Part shown: positions 58,731-64,000 of the stretch, piece after piece | How the letters are laid out: every line of letters begins with the position of its first letter | Position numbering within the stretch: position 1 is the stretch's first letter | Assembly: GCA_003963005.1 (NCBI GenBank) | Contig: RXJW01000066.1 | Location: 4,981 to 68,980, forward strand | Direction: 5' to 3' | Length of the DNA: 64,000 bases | DNA from: Burkholderiales bacterium | GTDB taxonomy: Bacteria > Pseudomonadota > Gammaproteobacteria > Burkholderiales > Burkholderiaceae_C | Translations under genes and position numbers: made by a program | Notes under the pieces: model-generated | The model's database searches: none | What the model was told of the DNA's origin: nothing | The model's input: only the letters and a program-made list of their open reading frames with translations

Positions 58731-59210
58731 TCAGCGTGCTGCCGAAGACGCAGCGCCAGCGTCGGCCTGGCTGCTTTCCTGCTGGATCAACTGCATCAGG
58801 CGCGAGCCCGCACCCACGGGCTCGACCATCGCGATGCGCTCAGCCGGGATGGCCATGCGGCTCGGGGCGTGCCAGTCGTTGCGCTCGCGCCGGACCAGCC
58901 GGTTGCCGCGCGGGACGCCCTGCCCGTCGACTTCGGCTTGGACGTAGTAGACCTGGTCCAGCGTCAGCTGGCGCGGTGAAGTGAGCACCGCGCGGCCGTA
59001 GTAGACCGGGCCGCTGACCAGGGTCACGGCCACCCAGGCGCCGTCTGGCGTGCCAGGCGGCAGCGGGCTGCCCAGGTCGTGCCTGAGCGCGACGCCGGCA
59101 CTCACGGCCAGCGCCAACGCCGCAAGCCATCCCGCCAGCGCCACCGCCAGGCGCCCTCCCTGCAGTTCGGTCTTGTCGCGAACTGCCCTTTCCTGCGCCT
59201 CAACGGCCAT
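58731..59210 (-). CDS. Hypothetical membrane-anchored protein
   Basis: SD AGGAGG 9 nt upstream; one N-terminal TM; VAVTLVSGPVYYG...DQVYY...WHAP motif; overlaps the PEP-CTERM gene end by 11 nt. Confidence 0.7.
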   Translation of the reverse strand: MAVEAQERAVRDKTELQGGRLAVALAGWLAALALAVSAGVALRHDLGSPLPPGTPDGAWVAVTLVSGPVYYGRAVLTSPRQLTLDQVYYVQAEVDGQGVPRGNRLVRRERNDWHAPSRMAIPAERIAMVEPVGAGSRLMQLIQQESSQADAGAASSAAR

Positions 59211-62200
59211 TCAGCATGCCCTCCTGTGGTGTGCGACGGCGGCGCATCATCCAGCCCACGAGCACCAGCCCCGGCAGCAGCAGAGCCGCCCGGCCTGGCT
59301 CGGGCACGGCCGGTGCCGCGGTCAAGGTGCCCGTGCCCAGCAGATAGCTGAAGCCGGCGCCCTGGTCACTGCTGGCCGTCAAGCTCAGATTGATGTCCAC
59401 CACGATGTTGCCCGCAGCATACGTGCCGAGGTTCAGCGGATGGTCGCTGAACCAGGAGGCCGCACTCGCGAGCGACGAGAAGCTCTGGTTGTAGACCGAG
59501 GTGCCGCCCACCGAGGCGCTGAAGCTGAGGTTCAGCGGGTTGCCGGCGTCGCGGCCCGTGAAATCGAGCAGGCCGAGCAGGATGCTGGCCGAGCTGGCCA
59601 GGGTGAAGGTGTACTGCGAGCTGGCGGAGTAGGTGTGGCTGGCACCGGCTGCCGTCGGCCCGTAGTTCGCGCCGAGATTGCCGACGCCCACCGCGTTCAG
59701 GCTGTTGGCCTGGATCGCGTTGCGCACGGCCGTGTGGGCATTCAGGATGCTGGTCACGGTGCCGGCCGCCGGTGCGCCGTCGATGTTGGCAAACGCCACG
59801 TAGCCGTTGGTGCCGCCGCTCAGGCCGGGCAGGCCGCCGACGCTGCCGCCGAAGGTTGCCTGCGTGATCGACTGCGTGGCGCCGGCCACCTCACCGCCGG
59901 CCTGGGCGGTGACGGTGCGGTCCAGCGGACCGGTGGAGACGCTCGTGGCCTGCACCGAACCGGCGCTGCCATTGCCGTAGGCACGCGCCTGGCCGTAGCT
60001 GTTCAAGGTGCTGTCCGCCCGGGCCTGGGACGTGACCGTCCCGCCCGTGGCCTGAGCGCTCGCCGTGCTGCTGCCGCCGGCCACCGTGGTCAGTGCGGCG
60101 GCGTAGGCCGAGGCTGCACCCGTTGTGGCACCCGTTCCGCCGTTGGCATAGGTGTTGGCCTGTGCAGTCGTCACGCCCTGAGCGATGCCCTGGGCCGAAG
60201 CGGCACCGCCCGCTGCATTGCTGCTGCCCCCGCTGGCCGTCGTCGAGATCACCAGCGAGGCGCCTGCCACGCTTGAGCTGAGCTGCTGATAAGCGGTGGC
60301 CTGCCCGCCGGCACCATGACCGCCCGTGCTGTTGCCGCCGCTGCCCCCCTGGGCCGTCACATTGCCCTGCAGCGACTGGGCTGTGGTGGAGGCGAAGGTC
60401 AGCCGGGACACGGCATCTCCGCCCGCGCCAGCCTGGCCGCCGGGCGCAGCGCTGCCGCCACTGCCGCCAGTGGCGGACTGCGTGAGGTTCAGCGAGCCGC
60501 TCGTGCCTCCGCTGACGGCGTTGATCAGCGTGGCCGTGCCGCCTGCACCACCCCTGGCCCCTGCGTAGCCAGTGCCGCCGGCGCCGCCGCCGGCACTGGC
60601 CGTGAGATTGACGGTCCCGCTGCCGCTGCTGCCGACGGTACTGGCCACGCTGGCCGCGCCACCCGCGCCGCCACTGTTGCCCGCCCCGGTGCTGTAGCCT
60701 CCGCCGCCACCCGTGGCCGAGGCCGTGCCGGTCAGGCTCTTGGCGCCGCTCGTGCTGCCTGCCAGGCTGGTGCTGGCGGCGCCGCCGGCAGCACCGCTGC
60801 CATTGATGCTCCCGCCATTACCGCCCGAACCTCCCGCGCCGCCGCTGGCCTGGGTGCTCAGGTTGAGGCTACCGCTGCCATACGCGGTCAGGCTGGCCGT
60901 GCCGGCCGCGCCGCCGCTGGCCGTGCCGGTGCCCCCCGCGCCGCCGGCACCGCCCACGGCGTAGGACGTGGCGCTCAGCGAGCTGGCGGCATTGGGCGTG
61001 CCCGCGGTGCCCACCGTGAGGCTGCTGCTGCCCGTGCCCGCAGCGCCTGCGGTGCCGCTGTCGGTGCTGCCGCCGGCCCCGCCGTAGGCGTACTGCGTCA
61101 GGCTCAGCGCGCCGCTGGTGCTGCCGCTGACGGCATTGACGAGATTGGTGGCCCCGCCGGCGCCGCCGCTGGCACCGCTGGAGCCGGTGCCACCGGTGCC
61201 GCCGGTGCTGGTGGCCGAGAGGTTGACCGTCGTGCCGCCGCCGCTGCTGCCCTGGGCGCTGGCGACGCCCACGCCGCCGGCGCCGCCGGACTGGCCGACA
61301 CCCGCACCGGCGTTGCCGCTGCCGCCGGTGGCATTGGCATTGACGGTCACGGTGCCGCCGCTGGAGGCGCCGATGGCCGTGCTGCTCGCATTGCCGCCGC
61401 TGGCGCCCGAGGTGGCGCTGCCACCGCTGCCGCCGCTGCCGGCGTTGGCGGTGGTGTTGAGGTTGAGCGAGCCGGCGGTGGCGATGTTGCTGCTGGTGGT
61501 GGCATTGCCGCCACTGGCGGCCGTGCCGCTCGTGGTGGCGCCGCCGTTGCCGCCGCTGGCATTGTTGGTGACGTAGACACTGCCGGCCGTGATGCCGGCC
61601 TGGTTCAGCGTCGCGTTGGCTGCGCCGCCGGCGCCGGCCTGATTGCTCGCCGAGGAGCCGCCCGTGCCAGCGCTGGCGTACTGCGACAGGCTGAGCTGAC
61701 CGCTGGTGCTGCCACTGACTGCATTGGTGAGCGTGGCCGTGCCGCCTGCGCCGCCCTTGGCGCCGGCATAGCCGTAGCCGCCCGAGCCGCCGCTGGCGCT
61801 GGCCGTCAGGCTGACGGAGCCGCTGTCGCTGCTGCCGTTGGCGCTGGCCACGCTGGCAGCCCCGCCGGCGCCGGCGCTGTTGCCGGCGCCGGTGCCATAG
61901 CCGCCCGAGCCGCCCGTGGACGACACCGAACCGACCAGGCCCTTGGCCCCGACCGTGCTCCCTGTCAGACCAGCGCTGGCCACGCCGCCTGCCGCTCCGT
62001 TGCCCAGCACGGCGCCGCCATTGCCGCCCGCACCGCCTGTCCCGCCCGCCGCCTGGCTGCTCAGGTTGAGGCTGCCGCTGCCGTAGACGGTCAAGCTGGC
62101 CGTGCCGGCCGCGCCGCCGCTGGCCGTGCCCGTGCCCCCCGCACCGCCTGCGCCGCCCGCGGCATAGGACGTGACGGTCAGCGAGCTGGCGCCGTTGGGT

Positions 62201-63999
62201 GTGCCTGCGGTGCCCACCGCGAGGCTGCTGCTGCCCGTGCCTGCAGCACCCGCGGTGCCGCTGTCGGTGCTGCCGCCGGCCCCGCCGTAGGCGTACTGCG
62301 TCAGGCTCAGCGTGCCGCTGGTGCTGCCGCTGACGGCATTGACGAGGTTGGTGGCCCCGCCGGCGCCGCCGTTGGCACCGCTGGTGCCGGCTCCACCAGC
62401 GCCACCGGTGCCCGTTGCGCTCACGGTGACCGAACCGGTCGGGCTGCTTCCCTGGGCGTTGGCGCTGGCCACGCCGCCCGCCCCGCCAACCTGGCCGACG
62501 CCCGTGGCGGCGCCACCGGTGCCTGCAGTGGCGGTGGTGTTGAGGTTGAGCGTGTTGCTCGTGGCGATGTTGCTGCTGGTCGTGGCATTGCCGCCGTTGC
62601 CGCCCGAGTTGGCCGTACTGCCACCGCCGCCGCCCCCGGCGGCATTGTTCGTGACGTACACCGCGTTGGCCGTGATGCCCGCCTGGTTCAAGCTGGCCGT
62701 GGCCGCGCCGCCGTTGCCCCCTTGGCTGCTGGCGGAACCGCCTCCGGTGCCGCCATTGGCGGCCTGCGTCAGGCTGAGCTGGCCGCTGGTGCTGCCGCTG
62801 ACGGCATTGGCGAGCGTTGCTGTACCGCCCGCGCCGCCCTTGGCGCCGGCATAGCCGTAGCCGCCACCGCCGCCATTGGCGCTGGCGGTCAGGTTGACCG
62901 TGCCGCTGTCGCTGCTGCCACTGGCGCTGGTCACGCTGGCGGCACCGCCGGCGCCCGCGCTGTTGCCTACGCCTGTCGCGTAGCCGCCGGAACCGCCCGA
63001 GGCGGTGGCCGAGCCGCTCAGGTTCTTCCCTCCCAGGGTGCTGCCCGCCAGACTGGCACTGGCCACGCCGCCGGCTGCCCCGTTGGCCAGGAGGGCGGCA
63101 CCATTGCCGCCCGATCCTCCCGTGCCGCCTGAAGCCTGGCTGCTCAGGCTGAGGCTGCCGCTGCCGTAGACGGTCAGGCTGGCCGTGCCCGCGGCGCCGC
63201 TGCTGGCCGTGCCGGTGCCCGCTGCACCGCCGTTGCCCCCCACGGCGTACGACGTGGCGGTCAGCGAGCTGGCACCGTTGGGCGTGCCGGCGGTGCCCAC
63301 CGTGAGGCTGCTGCTGCCCGTGCCCGCAGCACCTGCGGTACCGCTGTCGGTGCTACCGCCGGCCCCGCCGTAGGCGTACTGCGTCAACGAGAGCGTGCCG
63401 CTGGTGCTGCCGCTGACGGCGTTGACCAAGGAGACGGCTGCGCCCGTGCCGCCCGAGGCCCCGCCACTGCCCGAGCCACCCGCGCCGCCGCCGGCCGAGA
63501 CGCTGGCCGTGGCCGCGCCGCTGCCGGACTGCGCAGCAGCCGTGCCCGTCGCGCCGGCACCTGCGCCGGCCTGAGCGCCCGTTCCAGTGGCGCTGCCCCC
63601 GGCGCCACCGGAGGCGCTGACGGTCGAATTGGCCGAACCCGATCCCACCGCCGTGGCATTGGCCGACGCGGTGGCGGTGGCACCGTTGCCGCCCGCGCCC
63701 CCGCTGCCAGCGCCGGCACCGCCGCTGGTGCCCGGTGCGCCGCCGGCACCGCCTGCACCGCCGGCGGCCGTGGCCGATGCCGAGGCATTGCCCGAGCCGG
63801 GTGCGGTCGTGGCGCTGGCCGAGCCGCTACCACCGTTGCCGCCATTGCCCCCATTGCCACCGCGCGTGGCGCCATTGCCTGCCGCGCCGCTGCCGCCTGT
63901 GCCGCCATTGCCGCCGTTGCTGGAGGCCGTGTTGGACGGGTCCGAATTGCCGCCGGCCGTGGCATTGCTGTTGCCCCCCGTCCCGCCGTTCGTTCCCGA
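59200..63999 (-). CDS. Giant Gly/Ala/Ser/Thr-rich repetitive PEP-CTERM surface protein; 5' end outside window
   Basis: C-terminus VPEP + TM + RRRR; Gly-rich frame continues upstream of the track's GTG at 63648 toward the window edge (about 1600 codons). Confidence 0.9.
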   Translation of the reverse strand, partial: SGTNGGTGGNSNATAGGNSDPSNTASSNGGNGGTGGSGAAGNGATRGGNGGNGGNGGSGSASATTAPGSGNASASATAAGGAGGAGGAPGTSGGAGAGSGGAGGNGATATASANATAVGSGSANSTVSASGGAGGSATGTGAQAGAGAGATGTAAAQSGSGAATASVSAGGGAGGSGSGGASGGTGAAVSLVNAVSGSTSGTLSLTQYAYGGAGGSTDSGTAGAAGTGSSSLTVGTAGTPNGASSLTATSYAVGGNGGAAGTGTASSGAAGTASLTVYGSGSLSLSSQASGGTGGSGGNGAALLANGAAGGVASASLAGSTLGGKNLSGSATASGGSGGYATGVGNSAGAGGAASVTSASGSSDSGTVNLTASANGGGGGYGYAGAKGGAGGTATLANAVSGSTSGQLSLTQAANGGTGGGSASSQGGNGGAATASLNQAGITANAVYVTNNAAGGGGGGSTANSGGNGGNATTSSNIATSNTLNLNTTATAGTGGAATGVGQVGGAGGVASANAQGSSPTGSVTVSATGTGGAGGAGTSGANGGAGGATNLVNAVSGSTSGTLSLTQYAYGGAGGSTDSGTAGAAGTGSSSLAVGTAGTPNGASSLTVTSYAAGGAGGAGGTGTASGGAAGTASLTVYGSGSLNLSSQAAGGTGGAGGNGGAVLGNGAAGGVASAGLTGSTVGAKGLVGSVSSTGGSGGYGTGAGNSAGAGGAASVASANGSSDSGSVSLTASASGGSGGYGYAGAKGGAGGTATLTNAVSGSTSGQLSLSQYASAGTGGSSASNQAGAGGAANATLNQAGITAGSVYVTNNASGGNGGATTSGTAASGGNATTSSNIATAGSLNLNTTANAGSGGSGGSATSGASGGNASSTAIGASSGGTVTVNANATGGSGNAGAGVGQSGGAGGVGVASAQGSSGGGTTVNLSATSTGGTGGTGSSGASGGAGGATNLVNAVSGSTSGALSLTQYAYGGAGGSTDSGTAGAAGTGSSSLTVGTAGTPNAASSLSATSYAVGGAGGAGGTGTASGGAAGTASLTAYGSGSLNLSTQASGGAGGSGGNGGSINGSGAAGGAASTSLAGSTSGAKSLTGTASATGGGGGYSTGAGNSGGAGGAASVASTVGSSGSGTVNLTASAGGGAGGTGYAGARGGAGGTATLINAVSGGTSGSLNLTQSATGGSGGSAAPGGQAGAGGDAVSRLTFASTTAQSLQGNVTAQGGSGGNSTGGHGAGGQATAYQQLSSSVAGASLVISTTASGGSSNAAGGAASAQGIAQGVTTAQANTYANGGTGATTGAASAYAAALTTVAGGSSTASAQATGGTVTSQARADSTLNSYGQARAYGNGSAGSVQATSVSTGPLDRTVTAQAGGEVAGATQSITQATFGGSVGGLPGLSGGTNGYVAFANIDGAPAAGTVTSILNAHTAVRNAIQANSLNAVGVGNLGANYGPTAAGASHTYSASSQYTFTLASSASILLGLLDFTGRDAGNPLNLSFSASVGGTSVYNQSFSSLASAASWFSDHPLNLGTYAAGNIVVDINLSLTASSDQGAGFSYLLGTGTLTAAPAVPEPGRAALLLPGLVLVGWMMRRRRTPQEGMLNGR
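60480..63430 (-). repeat. Large intragenic tandem repeats in the PEP-CTERM gene
   Basis: Marker GCCGTAGGCGTACTGCGTCA at 61081, 62284 and 63367 (periods 1203 and 1083 nt); boundaries approximate. Confidence 0.9.
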
Positions 64000-64000
64000 C

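Noticed and set aside
60316-63132. 938-aa plus-strand ORF
   Set aside because: Antisense shadow of the Gly/Ala-rich PEP-CTERM gene; no motifs of its own.
60480-63430. Possible CRISPR array or non-coding repeat array
   Set aside because: Repeats are in-frame coding duplications with synonymous variation, without a repeat-spacer structure; no cas genes in the window.

Overview
High-GC betaproteobacterial chromosomal segment; gene content and order suggest Burkholderiales (Ideonella/Rubrivivax/Roseateles-like; inference). 1-15 kb is core: a partial sensor kinase, mreBCD-mrdA-rodA, gatCAB, a DUF4124-like gene, pyrE, a TonB-dependent receptor and xth. 15-29 kb holds two convergent glycan operons. 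One encodes a GtrB-like GT2, a GT-C-like membrane protein, a flippase and a GT2. The other encodes rfbF-rfbG-rfbH, a ThDP enzyme, FkbM, a NeuB-like synthase, an SDR and a PQQ dehydrogenase, and probably makes a branched 3,6-dideoxy sugar. 29-59 kb is accessory: POT transporter, multi-hairpin intergenic element, MexEF-OprN-like RND pump, LytS/LytTR with an acyltransferase, subtilase, CPA2 antiporter, a Phd/degenerate-VapC/tryptophan-halogenase operon, an ars operon, cysE, a DUF899 module, LysE-MocR, MOSC and an Fe-ADH. The window ends inside a giant Gly-rich repetitive PEP-CTERM gene (at least ~1600 codons) that overlaps a small unknown membrane-anchored protein gene. Best candidates for undescribed systems: (1) the antitoxin + degenerate PIN protein with a Trp-containing tail + halogenase operon; (2) the NeuB/ThDP branched-sugar pathway; (3) the PEP-CTERM/partner pair. 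No rRNA, tRNA, CRISPR array or transposase was recognised. All family assignments come from motif recognition by eye, not database searches.
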